Below, piece by piece: positions 35,083 through 44,322 of a DNA stretch of 64,000 nt. Below the pieces are notes generated by a model. It made no database searches. It was not told the origin of the DNA and was given only the letters and a program-made list of their open reading frames with translations. Position 1 is the first letter of the stretch; each line of letters opens with the position of its first letter. Location: assembly GCA_965216465.1 (NCBI GenBank), contig CBDCFW010000005.1, positions 384,001 through 448,000 of the forward strand. The letters are read 5' to 3'. This DNA is from Bacteroidia bacterium. Lineage in GTDB: Bacteria > Bacteroidota > Bacteroidia > NS11-12g > UBA9320. The position numbers were made by a program, and so were the translations under genes.

Positions 35083-35131
35083 TTAGGTCTTCTTTCTTCT
35101 CGACCGTGAAAATACAAAAAATTACACTGAA

Positions 35132-36457
35132 CTACTTCAACACCTCTCCCCCTCTTAATCGCTTAAATGCATCTACCACTTCGGCGTGGTGCGGGGTGTT
35201 TTTAATGAAGTATTTAACAATGATTTGCTTTTCTTCTTCCGTTGCTTCAAGCTGATTGAGAATATTGAGCAAATGCATTTTCATATGACCTTGCTGAATT
35301 CCAGTAGTTGTAAGGCTTCTCAATGCAGAAAAGTTTTGTGCTAAACCAACTGTCGCGGTAATCTTCATCAAGTCTTCAGCACTTGGGTTCCCCAACATCT
35401 GGTGGGCAAATTTCACCATCGGGTGCAGTTTAGTTATTCCTCCAACCGTACCTAAGGCCAAAGGCACTTCAATATAAAATCTAAACTCACCATCACTCAA
35501 ATCAACATGGGTCAAACTTCCATAATGACCATCTTTCGTTGCATAAGCATGTGCACTGGCTTCAATAGCTCTGAAATCATTTCCTGTTGCCAAAATCACA
35601 GAGTCAATTCCATTCATCACCCCTTTGTTATGCGTTACAGCTCGATAAGGCTGAGTCTCGGCTATCTGCACCGCAGTCCTAAACCGTTTTGCAAACGCAT
35701 CCGGTTCAATATCGGTACCTTCGACCATCGCTGCAATTGGAGAGACCACCTCACTTCTTACTAAGCATTTAGGTGTGTAATTGCTCAAAATACACATCAC
35801 CACTTCAATTGCATTAGGATTTAAACTAGATTCTTGAACTTCTCGCCTCAACACATCAGCAAACTTCTCTAAACAAGTATTTATAAAATTTGCACCCATA
35901 CTATCACAGGTTTCAAACTCCGCTTCAAGTTGATAGTAGTTCTGAATATCGTTTGTTTTATCAACCAATGAAATCGATTCAATTCCACCTCCACGCTTAC
36001 GCATATTAGCTGTAATGCCTTCCGTTTCAGTATGAAATTTAGTCTCAATTTGTTTGAACAATTCAAATAACCCTACTTTATCAGTTCCCTCCCACATGAA
36101 GTGAACATGACCTATCTTGGTGGTACCGACAATAGAAGCTTGAAATCCACCCTTGTGATACCAGAAATTTGCAGCCTTTGCCGCCGCAGCTACAACTGAT
36201 GATTCTTCAATAGCCATCGGAACACAATAGTCTTGGCCATTGATTAAAAAATTAGGTGCAATTCCAAATGGAACATAGAAATTCGTGATGGTGTTCTCAA
36301 TAAACTCATCATGAAGTTTTTGAAGCTTTAAATCTTCATTCCAGTACTTTCTTAATGCTTCGACAGCTTCTGATGAACCGTCAAAATAATTTTGAATGAG
36401 CCACTCAATCTTGGCTTCTTTTGAGAGTTTCGAATACCCTTTAATGAACTTACTCAA
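35132..36457 (-). CDS. mvaA: Hydroxymethylglutaryl-CoA reductase, class II
   Basis: IENTI, PMAIEESSVVAA, DSMGANFIN, RAVTHNKG.MNGI and GIQQGHMKMH motifs. Confidence 0.95.
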   Translation of the reverse strand: MSKFIKGYSKLSKEAKIEWLIQNYFDGSSEAVEALRKYWNEDLKLQKLHDEFIENTITNFYVPFGIAPNFLINGQDYCVPMAIEESSVVAAAAKAANFWYHKGGFQASIVGTTKIGHVHFMWEGTDKVGLFELFKQIETKFHTETEGITANMRKRGGGIESISLVDKTNDIQNYYQLEAEFETCDSMGANFINTCLEKFADVLRREVQESSLNPNAIEVVMCILSNYTPKCLVRSEVVSPIAAMVEGTDIEPDAFAKRFRTAVQIAETQPYRAVTHNKGVMNGIDSVILATGNDFRAIEASAHAYATKDGHYGSLTHVDLSDGEFRFYIEVPLALGTVGGITKLHPMVKFAHQMLGNPSAEDLMKITATVGLAQNFSALRSLTTTGIQQGHMKMHLLNILNQLEATEEEKQIIVKYFIKNTPHHAEVVDAFKRLRGGEVLK

Positions 36458-36459
36458 TT

Positions 36460-37449
36460 TTATCTCAGTTTTAAGTAGGTGTTTGCTAATTTCAGACCTC
36501 TGATTTGAAGATCTACATATTTTCTTAAGTCCTCGTAATTACCCCGTGAATGTTTTAAAAAGGACGAAGCTTGACCATATACCGCATTGGTTTTAATTTT
36601 CTTGATGTGGTAGTAGCCATCCATAAAATCACGAACTCCACCACTCACAATTACTTCACCAGCCTTCCCTCCGTGATCTAGTAATTCGTTATAAAACGAA
36701 ACCATCTCTTCGGCCGTATGGCCCCAATTTGCAATTTTATTGTAGGCTTCGTGCTCCATATCTTCACTGCGGTGCATCTCAAGTTTACTGAAGTTTGTTC
36801 CGCCATGAGCTCCAAAGTCAATGGCAGCTAAAGGTAAGTTCATTAACGCCCTTAGCGACTCAGGACCAAAACCTTGACCAACTTCCTTTACCACAATGGA
36901 TAAATCCATATCTAAAAGCCTTGAAATTGTATCAATTGGAGGCTGCTTAAGGCGATCTCCTTCCGGTTGTAACCATTCTTGAAGTGGATTTATATGGACA
37001 ATCAATCCATCAGTTTCGGTTTTCTTCAATAACTCAGATACATGATTCAATTGGTTTTGTGCTATGAGTTCTTCTACCTGTGCTATTCCCAAATTGGCAT
37101 ATAGGGGATAATCTCCAATTAAACTTCGCAATTGAAAATCAGAAAGGTATTCATCATTGTCTAAAATTATTCTGCAGCTGCCCAATCCCATACCCATGCC
37201 GAATTCTCCGCATGCTCGAGCAAGGTTTTTGTTTATGGTTCCTGCTTCTTTAGTGCCACCGGTCATGCTACTTACCCAAACAGGAACTTTTAGCTGTTTG
37301 CCTAAAAATGGTTTCGACAAGTCAATTTGATCTGGATGCTCAGCAAATAAGGGCTCATAAAAGAACCTTTCGTCTTGCGTATTCACTACCGATTTAAAAG
37401 CTAAATCAATATGATCTTTTTTTCTTTCTGATGTTTTAGTGTGTCCCAA
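36460..37449 (-). CDS. fni: Type 2 isopentenyl-diphosphate delta-isomerase
   Basis: RKKDHI, SSMTGG, HINPLQEWLQPEGD, VKEVGQG and GGTNF motifs. Start set at TTG 37449 (5 nt after TATCTTCG); the ORF track extends to 37473. Confidence 0.92.
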   Translation of the reverse strand: MGHTKTSERKKDHIDLAFKSVVNTQDERFFYEPLFAEHPDQIDLSKPFLGKQLKVPVWVSSMTGGTKEAGTINKNLARACGEFGMGMGLGSCRIILDNDEYLSDFQLRSLIGDYPLYANLGIAQVEELIAQNQLNHVSELLKKTETDGLIVHINPLQEWLQPEGDRLKQPPIDTISRLLDMDLSIVVKEVGQGFGPESLRALMNLPLAAIDFGAHGGTNFSKLEMHRSEDMEHEAYNKIANWGHTAEEMVSFYNELLDHGGKAGEVIVSGGVRDFMDGYYHIKKIKTNAVYGQASSFLKHSRGNYEDLRKYVDLQIRGLKLANTYLKLR

Positions 37450-37485
37450 AGCTGCGAAGATAATGTTAAGCAATAGAATGAATAA

Positions 37486-40338
37486 TTGGAATTAGATTAT
37501 TTAAATTGCAAAGCCATTAAAGCAATAAAACACATAGGGGGGTTAATTGTTTCCTTGCTCATCTTTGCATCGAGTTTTGCACAGCAACCACTTTACACGC
37601 AGTTAGGGAACAACCAAACACTCAACGGAGTCGAAATTTATGGAATGTCGCAAGACCGTTTGAAGAACATTTGGCTCACCACAAGTAATGGTCTATACAA
37701 ATACGACGGTGATGAATTTGAGAATATTAAGAATGAATCATTAATCACAAATGAGTTTTTTCAACCCTTCTTTACACCTTCAAACCGTTTTTACTTCACA
37801 GATATTTCAGGTGATATTTTTACCTTGAAAGACGATAAGATAACACCTTTTCTTCAACTATCAATTCGAGGTTTAGATTTGGATGGAGGCATGTTGGTGT
37901 CGGGCGAATACCTCTATGTAAAATCTAAAGACAGCCTTTTTCAAATAGACTCTAATGGAATCAAAGAGGCAATTTTTGGTTATAAATCGGCCTTTGCTGG
38001 AACACGAATAAAAATTCAAAAAGAGAGGTCAGAAATAACCATTTACACCAAAAATCACGCTGAAGAAATTTACATCAAAGGGAATGAAGTTAAAATTTCT
38101 AAAAACACGAAAAATCCCAATTATACAGCTGCACGACTCGAGCTACATGTAATAACTAATCACCACAACTTTCATGTAGAAAGCGATGCCATCAGATTCT
38201 CGAATCTTAATCATTTAGGGCCTTACATGGTCGATAAGTCCGGAAACCGATGGAAGGCTTTCAGGAATAAAAAAGGAGTGTTTTTAAAACGAAAGAATCA
38301 AGAACAAGAAAACCTCATTTTTGAGGAGTATAACATCAATTATATCTTCGAAGATGTTGACGACAACCTCTGGATTGGAACCCGAAATAATGGTATCTTT
38401 TTAGTCTCTGACCTTGAAGATTTCTCCTTTGCTCGAAGCTCAGAATTCCATGGAATATCGAGTGACGACCATCACGTATATGCCATTTCTCATAACCGAT
38501 TTCACGCCTTCGACAAAAGAACAATAAGCCAGTCGTCGGTCTATACACGAGCAACAAGCTCAAACCTTTATCTATTTAACAGCCCTGGTAAGGAGATGTA
38601 TAACTTTATCCAGACTAATAAGCATTATGTCATTTACAGAGGAACGGAAGAGATTGCACGACATCCTAGTCAAACATCGCTCATCAAAAATCATAAATGG
38701 GTCGATGATAGCACACTTATTGTTGCAACCGTAAGAGGGGCATACTTATTAAATCCGTTTACAAATACCCTATTAAGGCGATTAGGCGAATCGCAATGGC
38801 GTTGCTTGGATGTACAATGGGTATATGCCAAGCAGAAATACTTAATTGCAAGTGCACGAGGTCTAAAACTGCTTACAAAAAATGGAAAATTTGAACGCGA
38901 TATTTTACTTGCGGGAAGCCCTGTTTCAATTGAAAACCTTTTTGAAGTCAATGACAAAATATTTGGGATAGGACCTTCTGGAATTATTTATGATATTGAT
39001 GTTGACCACAGCACCATTTCTGAAATTGATCGCGTAGACATAAGTTTTTTGGTGATGTGTCGTCAGGTCGGAGATAATATTTTCATATTAGATAAGCACA
39101 ATGTTTATACCTACAACGTCTACACATCAACGCTAGGAAAGCTTCCAATTCTTTTACCTAACGATCTTACCCTTAGTGGAATAACAGTTAGCAATGATAA
39201 CATTTGGTTAAGTACAAGTAAGGGATTAGTAAAATTCGACCTCGAAAACTTTTCCAACCAAGTCCATGTTCCAGAGATTATGGTTGACATGTTTGAGGGG
39301 CACTTTTTATCTAAGGTTCAGAATAATTCTCGGTTCAAGTACAATAACAACAACCTATCGTTTAAGGTTAAAGTGCGCGATTATAAGTTTCAACGGTACA
39401 ATAGAATTCAATACCAATTGGTTGGTGCCGAACCGTTATTTACCGAAACAGCGTCAAGCGATTTAATTTCATATCGAGCTCTTTCTCCTGGTCATTACAC
39501 GTTTAGAGCAAAGGCCATTAACCCATTAGGAGCTGAAAGCGAAACCATTGAATACAAGTTTAGCATCAGTCATCCGTGGTGGTTAAAGTGGTGGTTTTAT
39601 GTCGCCCTTGCTGGGGTGATAGCAGCTATTTATGCCGCAGTGTACTATAGCAGTATAAAAAATAGAAGAGAACGTCGACGACTTAAAACGAGACTCCGAG
39701 AATCTCAAATTAACGCCATCATGGCACAAATGAATCCTCACTTCATATTCAATTGTTTAAACTCGATTCAGGATTTAATTTTACAAGAGGATATAAAAAG
39801 CAGCTACACCTATTTAGGGAAGTTTAGTGAGTTGACGCGAACAACCATGCAAGACAGTCAAAAGTCTGTAATTTCAATCAATCGAGAGTTAAACAACATA
39901 GGTTTATATCTTGAGTTAGAAGCACTTAGGTTTAAAGACTTAAATTATGAAATCATTAACACGCTTAGCGAAGAGCAATGTGAATTGTTTCATATACCTC
40001 CCATGCTCATTCAACCTTTTATAGAGAATGCGCTGAAGCATGGTCTCTTACACTCGAAGCAAAAAAAGAGGCTTGAGGTTGAAATTCAATACGACAAATC
40101 AGACTTAATAGTACAGATTAAAGACAATGGAGTTGGACGAGAGGAAGCAACTAAAATTAAAAAACGTCAAAGTAAGTATCGGTCATTCAGCGGAGGTGCC
40201 ATTGCAAAGCGCATTAGCTTGCTGAATTATCAAAAGGAGATGAAGATAAAACTTAAAACTGTTGATCACGTGAATGAAAATAAACTTGGATGGAGCACCA
40301 TTGTAGAGATACGATTTATTAATTTTACCTCCTATTAA
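37486..40338 (+). CDS. LytS-family sensor histidine kinase with periplasmic beta-propeller/Y_Y_Y domains (start uncertain)
   Basis: Propeller repeats (FEDVDDNLWIGT), Y_Y_Y domain (LSPGHYTFRAKA), a TM helix, AQMNPHFIFNCLNSIQ H-box, IPPMLIQPFIENALKHG and DNGVG. Confidence 0.92.
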   Translation: MELDYLNCKAIKAIKHIGGLIVSLLIFASSFAQQPLYTQLGNNQTLNGVEIYGMSQDRLKNIWLTTSNGLYKYDGDEFENIKNESLITNEFFQPFFTPSNRFYFTDISGDIFTLKDDKITPFLQLSIRGLDLDGGMLVSGEYLYVKSKDSLFQIDSNGIKEAIFGYKSAFAGTRIKIQKERSEITIYTKNHAEEIYIKGNEVKISKNTKNPNYTAARLELHVITNHHNFHVESDAIRFSNLNHLGPYMVDKSGNRWKAFRNKKGVFLKRKNQEQENLIFEEYNINYIFEDVDDNLWIGTRNNGIFLVSDLEDFSFARSSEFHGISSDDHHVYAISHNRFHAFDKRTISQSSVYTRATSSNLYLFNSPGKEMYNFIQTNKHYVIYRGTEEIARHPSQTSLIKNHKWVDDSTLIVATVRGAYLLNPFTNTLLRRLGESQWRCLDVQWVYAKQKYLIASARGLKLLTKNGKFERDILLAGSPVSIENLFEVNDKIFGIGPSGIIYDIDVDHSTISEIDRVDISFLVMCRQVGDNIFILDKHNVYTYNVYTSTLGKLPILLPNDLTLSGITVSNDNIWLSTSKGLVKFDLENFSNQVHVPEIMVDMFEGHFLSKVQNNSRFKYNNNNLSFKVKVRDYKFQRYNRIQYQLVGAEPLFTETASSDLISYRALSPGHYTFRAKAINPLGAESETIEYKFSISHPWWLKWWFYVALAGVIAAIYAAVYYSSIKNRRERRRLKTRLRESQINAIMAQMNPHFIFNCLNSIQDLILQEDIKSSYTYLGKFSELTRTTMQDSQKSVISINRELNNIGLYLELEALRFKDLNYEIINTLSEEQCELFHIPPMLIQPFIENALKHGLLHSKQKKRLEVEIQYDKSDLIVQIKDNGVGREEATKIKKRQSKYRSFSGGAIAKRISLLNYQKEMKIKLKTVDHVNENKLGWSTIVEIRFINFTSY

Positions 40339-40342
40339 GAAA

Positions 40343-41101
40343 GTGGAGAACATAAAAGCCATAATTGTTGACGATGAGGAAAGTTCAAGAAATATCTTAA
40401 GCAATATTCTCACAAAGTATGTTGAAGGAATTTATATTTTAGACAAATGTGCTGATGTTCCCAGTGCTGTAGATTCTGTTAAAAGAGAGAAGCCCGATGT
40501 TGTTTTTCTCGATATCGAAATGCCTAATTATAGTGGATTTGAGTTTCTCAACTTCTTCGACAAAATAGATTTTGAAATCATTTTTGTTTCGGCTTATGGC
40601 GAGTACGCTCTTAAGGCCTTTGATGTTTCGGCGGTCGATTATGTTTTAAAACCCATTCAAATCGAAAAAATACAAAACAGTATTGACAAGCTTCGAAACC
40701 GAATTCAATTGACCACAATGCAAGAACGATTTTCGGCACTTCAAGAAAATTTGAAGCAAGACAATGTTCATAAGCTAGCATTACCTATGTCGGATGGTCT
40801 TGTTTTTGTGAATACCAGCGAGATAATATTTCTTATAGCAGATGGCTCTTATACCAACATCTTTCTGCTCGATGGCACTAAATATTTAGTGAGCAAGAAA
40901 CTCAAGTTTTTTGAGCAGGCACTCTCCGACAACCGAAATTTCAAACGAGTACATCGTTCTTCGATGGTTAACCTTTCGCATGTTGTTAAATATCACAAAC
41001 ATGAAGGTGTATTAAGCTTTGGCAACAATGGCAACATTAAGGTTGCGAGAGACCGTAAATCAGGTATCGAGAACATACTGCACCAGTTTAGCGGACAATA
41101 A
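40343..41101 (+). CDS. LytTR-family response regulator
   Basis: IVDDE, FLDIEMP and DYVLKP receiver motifs; ADGSYT and FKRVHRSSMVNL LytTR domain. Confidence 0.95.
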   Translation: MENIKAIIVDDEESSRNILSNILTKYVEGIYILDKCADVPSAVDSVKREKPDVVFLDIEMPNYSGFEFLNFFDKIDFEIIFVSAYGEYALKAFDVSAVDYVLKPIQIEKIQNSIDKLRNRIQLTTMQERFSALQENLKQDNVHKLALPMSDGLVFVNTSEIIFLIADGSYTNIFLLDGTKYLVSKKLKFFEQALSDNRNFKRVHRSSMVNLSHVVKYHKHEGVLSFGNNGNIKVARDRKSGIENILHQFSGQ

Positions 41102-41116
41102 ATCAGAATAAGTTTT

Positions 41117-41186
41117 ACGGTTTATGGACTGAAAACTACCGTTTATGAAACGAGCGGATAACCTCAACAAAGTCTTTCTATCTTTA
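41117..41186 (+). promoter_or_regulatory. LytTR-type direct repeat plus -7 promoter element
   Basis: ACGGTTTAT (41117-25) and ACCGTTTAT (41138-46) separated by 12 bp fit the LytTR consensus [TA][AC][CA]GTTN[AG][TG]. TATCTTTA -7 variant at 41179-86. Confidence 0.7.
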
Positions 41187-41190
41187 CACT

Positions 41191-41337
41191 ATTGATGCGT
41201 ACACGTGAATTATATAACCCCTAATTCACGGCATGTTGACTAACCCCCAACATAAACCCCCACATGTATTGTACGGACCAATGAATTAAAATAATTACCT
41301 CAAATGAAGTTAAATCCCGCTCTGGCGGGATTTTTCA
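41191..41337 (+). ncRNA. Putative structured small RNA with repeated AACCCC loops
   Basis: Lies between a promoter and a terminator with no meaningful ORF. Multibranch fold with two 9-nt loops ending in TAACCCC and a third AAACCCCC tract. Confidence 0.6.
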
Positions 41338-41340
41338 TTT
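41302..41340. terminator. Intrinsic (likely bidirectional) terminator
   Basis: AAATCCCGC-TCTG-GCGGGATTT followed by T-rich sequence; extendable by AAATGAA/TTCATTT pairing. Confidence 0.8.
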
Positions 41341-41350
41341 TCAAGTGCTT

Positions 41351-42187
41351 CTAAATAGATATTGACACGCGATATCCGCTGTGACTTCTTATGTTTATGA
41401 CTCTTCCACCGTCAAAGATTAAGTATTGACCCTTAATTCCTTCCAATCTTCCTTCAATAATTTTTTCTTTATCCAGCTTCATGCTCTTAACCTTATCAGG
41501 AAATTCAATAACAGGATATTTTATAGATACAATCTCATTTGAGTCTGATGCATAGTGACTCAATTCATCAGGAATATGACTCAACATTTTGGCTTTAATA
41601 TTGGTAATGTCATCATCCGTTTCGACTAGACCTTTTAACATACGTTGCCAGGCCGTTTTATCCGAAATATGAGCCTTAAGAGCAACTTCTATTTCTCCGG
41701 CTAGCTGGCGATAAGGTACTTCTGAGAGCACAATTGCCTGTGTAGCTCCTTGGTCAATCCAGCGATGAGGAATATTAGAATCACGGGTAACTCCAACTTT
41801 AAAATTGCTGGTTAAGGATATATACACCACATGCGGTTGAAGATGATGACGAACTTCCCACTCATAATCTCTCAATGCAATGCCTTCATGAATTCTACTG
41901 AGCTCCGGCCTCATAATGCTCGGGCTAGCTTGTGGACTTTCCATAAACTCCTTATACGTCATTCCCTCACCAAAGGCCTTCTTAATTTTTTCACCAGACA
42001 AGATTGAGTTGATATATCCTTCATATTCCAATTTTAATTCTTGGCCTACTAAGGCATTCATCTCAATTTTTTCGTATGGATCAAGCACGTCTCTCAAGTG
42101 CAAAGTATACTGTGCTTCACCGTCGACGAGATCGGTATCCATCTTCCTTAGATTTCCTTCTAATTGCATTGCAGGTACAATATTCAA
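41351..42187 (-). CDS. DUF2797-domain protein
   Basis: LQPHVVY, KVGVTR..IPHRWIDQGA and GRLEGIKGQYLIF...NIRSHSGY motifs. Confidence 0.85.
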   Translation of the reverse strand: MNIVPAMQLEGNLRKMDTDLVDGEAQYTLHLRDVLDPYEKIEMNALVGQELKLEYEGYINSILSGEKIKKAFGEGMTYKEFMESPQASPSIMRPELSRIHEGIALRDYEWEVRHHLQPHVVYISLTSNFKVGVTRDSNIPHRWIDQGATQAIVLSEVPYRQLAGEIEVALKAHISDKTAWQRMLKGLVETDDDITNIKAKMLSHIPDELSHYASDSNEIVSIKYPVIEFPDKVKSMKLDKEKIIEGRLEGIKGQYLIFDGGRVINIRSHSGYRVSISI

Positions 42188-42233
42188 ACATCCATGGTAA
42201 ATAGCAAAAAGAATAGAGTATTACATTTGTTTA

Positions 42234-43970
42234 ATGCAGAAGATCTTAGTCTTAGTTTGTACATTACTCATTATTTCATGTAAACCTGATTCAAAATCAA
42301 GTGATTCGTTTACCACTGTTTTTGAAGCCTCAAATGAAATGGCTTCCGCTACTTATGAAGAAGGTATCTCATGGTGGATGAATTTTGCCGGTAAAAACGA
42401 CTACGCCGAAATTTCAACCTTTGGAATGACGGATGCTGGTAAACCCTTACGCTTGATAATTCTAAGCAAGCAAGAACGAAGCCTAAAAGAAGTTTATGAA
42501 TCATCGAAAGCAACCATTTTAATAAACAATGCAATTCATCCGGGTGAACCTGATGGGGTAGATGCATCAATGATGCTTTTTAGAGATATTTTGGCAGATC
42601 AAAGTCAACTTCTTGACTCTTGCAACTTAGTTTGTATTCCTTTTTACAATGTTGGCGGAAGTTTAAACCGAAACGCCCACAGCCGAGCAAATCAAAACGG
42701 ACCTATTCAATACGGTTTTAGAGGAAATGCCCAAAATTTAGATTTGAATCGAGACTTTGTTAAATGCGATTCACGCAACGCCGAGACCTTTGCCCAGCTG
42801 CTACAACAGCTTGATCCCGACTTCTACATCGAAACGCATGTGAGCAATGGTGCAGATTATCAATATAACATTTCCTATTTGTCTACTCAACCCAGTAAGC
42901 TAGGTTTTGCCATGGGACCCAATCTTGAAAATGAAATTATTCCAAGCTTAGAAAAGCTCATGATTGAAAAAGGAGAGCCCATGGTGCCTTATGTAAATGT
43001 TCATGGCGTTGCCCTCGATAGCAGCTACGAAACATTCTACGATTCTCCTCGATATAGTAGTGGACTTACAACTCTGCATCATATTTACGGTTTTATTACT
43101 GAAACACATATGCTAAAACCATTTAGTGATAGAGTTTGGGCCACTTACAGGTATTTGATGTCTTCTATCGAGTATTGCCATGCAAACAACTCTTCGATTC
43201 AAAAATCACGCAATGATCAACGCAATGCTGTTAAAGCAAGTGAAACTTTTACCCTTGATTGGGAAGTGGATTTCTCAAGCTCAAGATCGTTTGATTTTAA
43301 CGGCTATGCCTATGGATACAAACCGAGTGACATTTCCGGATTGCCTAGACTATACTACGACACCACTAAGCCAATCACCAAATCGATGCAATTCTACAAT
43401 CAAATGAAACCACGTATTCAACGAACAAAACCTAAATCATATATACTGAAAAGAGGATACGTTGATGTTGAAAATCGATTGCTTTGGAATGGTGTTACAA
43501 TGACCGAAATCGAACATGATACTTTGATAAATGTAGTAGCTTATAAGATTTCGAACTACGAAACCGGCAAAACCGCATATGAAAAACATTACAGCCACTA
43601 CAATACTCAGTTTACACGTGATACATTGCAATGGCTATTTCACCAAGGTGATTATGTAATCGAAATGGGGAAAGAACATGATCGGTTTGTTGTTGAAATG
43701 CTAGAACCTGATGGACCAGATAGCTATTTCAACTGGAATTTCTTTGATGCAATCTTGCAACAAAAAGAATGGTATAGTCCTTATGTGTTTGAAGACAAGG
43801 CCAGTCAGCTTTTAGAAGAAAATGCAGAATTGAAAGCCGAATTTAATGAACTCAAACGAACAAATCCAGACTTTGAAGCCAATGGAAGAGCTCAACTTCA
43901 CTGGCTCTATTTGCATTCTGAACACTACGAAAAGGAACATTTAACACTTCCATTCTTTCGGATTGAGTAA
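42234..43970 (+). CDS. M14-family zinc carboxypeptidase (lipoprotein)
   Basis: Lipobox IISC; AIHPGEPDG, DLNRDF and ETHVSNGADYQ motifs. Confidence 0.85.
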   Translation: MQKILVLVCTLLIISCKPDSKSSDSFTTVFEASNEMASATYEEGISWWMNFAGKNDYAEISTFGMTDAGKPLRLIILSKQERSLKEVYESSKATILINNAIHPGEPDGVDASMMLFRDILADQSQLLDSCNLVCIPFYNVGGSLNRNAHSRANQNGPIQYGFRGNAQNLDLNRDFVKCDSRNAETFAQLLQQLDPDFYIETHVSNGADYQYNISYLSTQPSKLGFAMGPNLENEIIPSLEKLMIEKGEPMVPYVNVHGVALDSSYETFYDSPRYSSGLTTLHHIYGFITETHMLKPFSDRVWATYRYLMSSIEYCHANNSSIQKSRNDQRNAVKASETFTLDWEVDFSSSRSFDFNGYAYGYKPSDISGLPRLYYDTTKPITKSMQFYNQMKPRIQRTKPKSYILKRGYVDVENRLLWNGVTMTEIEHDTLINVVAYKISNYETGKTAYEKHYSHYNTQFTRDTLQWLFHQGDYVIEMGKEHDRFVVEMLEPDGPDSYFNWNFFDAILQQKEWYSPYVFEDKASQLLEENAELKAEFNELKRTNPDFEANGRAQLHWLYLHSEHYEKEHLTLPFFRIE

Positions 43971-43983
43971 TCTCAGGCTCAAA

Positions 43984-43999
43984 CGTAACCTGTATCACA
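43984..43999 (+). promoter_or_regulatory. Putative Crp/Fnr-family site upstream of the HMA-rhodanese pair
   Basis: CGTAA-N6-TCACA centred about 41.5 nt before the start site inferred from TAACTTTG at 44021-28. Confidence 0.45.
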
Positions 44000-44037
44000 T
44001 AACATAAGAAACACTGCAATTAACTTTGCAATATCAA

Positions 44038-44313
44038 ATGGTTAGTGAAACTATTCAAATAGCAAATGTTAAGTGCAGTGGATGTGCTCACTCGATTACA
44101 ACAAAGGTTGAGAACATTTCGGGTGTTTCAAATGTGACTGTTGACATTGAAGAAGGTAACATTAGCCTTGATTATGAAACTCAAGACCAAAGAAATCTAG
44201 TAATTAAAAAGTTAGCTACAATGGGTTATCCCGAAGCTACCGAAGAAAATGGTCTTTTAATGCAAGCAAAAAGCTATGCCAATTGTATGATTGGCAAAAT
44301 CAGTAAAAATTAG
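44038..44313 (+). CDS. Heavy-metal-associated (CopZ-like) protein
   Basis: VKCSGC metal-binding motif; C-terminal KSYANCMIGK. Confidence 0.85.
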   Translation: MVSETIQIANVKCSGCAHSITTKVENISGVSNVTVDIEEGNISLDYETQDQRNLVIKKLATMGYPEATEENGLLMQAKSYANCMIGKISKN

Positions 44314-44322
44314 ATTTATATA

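Noticed and set aside
28860-35130. Integron or prophage interpretation of the small-gene array
   Set aside because: No repeated attC-like sites, integrase, transposase or phage genes are visible, and the genes are in mixed orientation.
41195-41224. 9-codon ORF MRTRELYNP* inside the candidate sRNA
   Set aside because: It is too short to support and is buried in stems P1 and P2. A leader or signal peptide cannot be fully excluded, but the RNA structure explains the region better.
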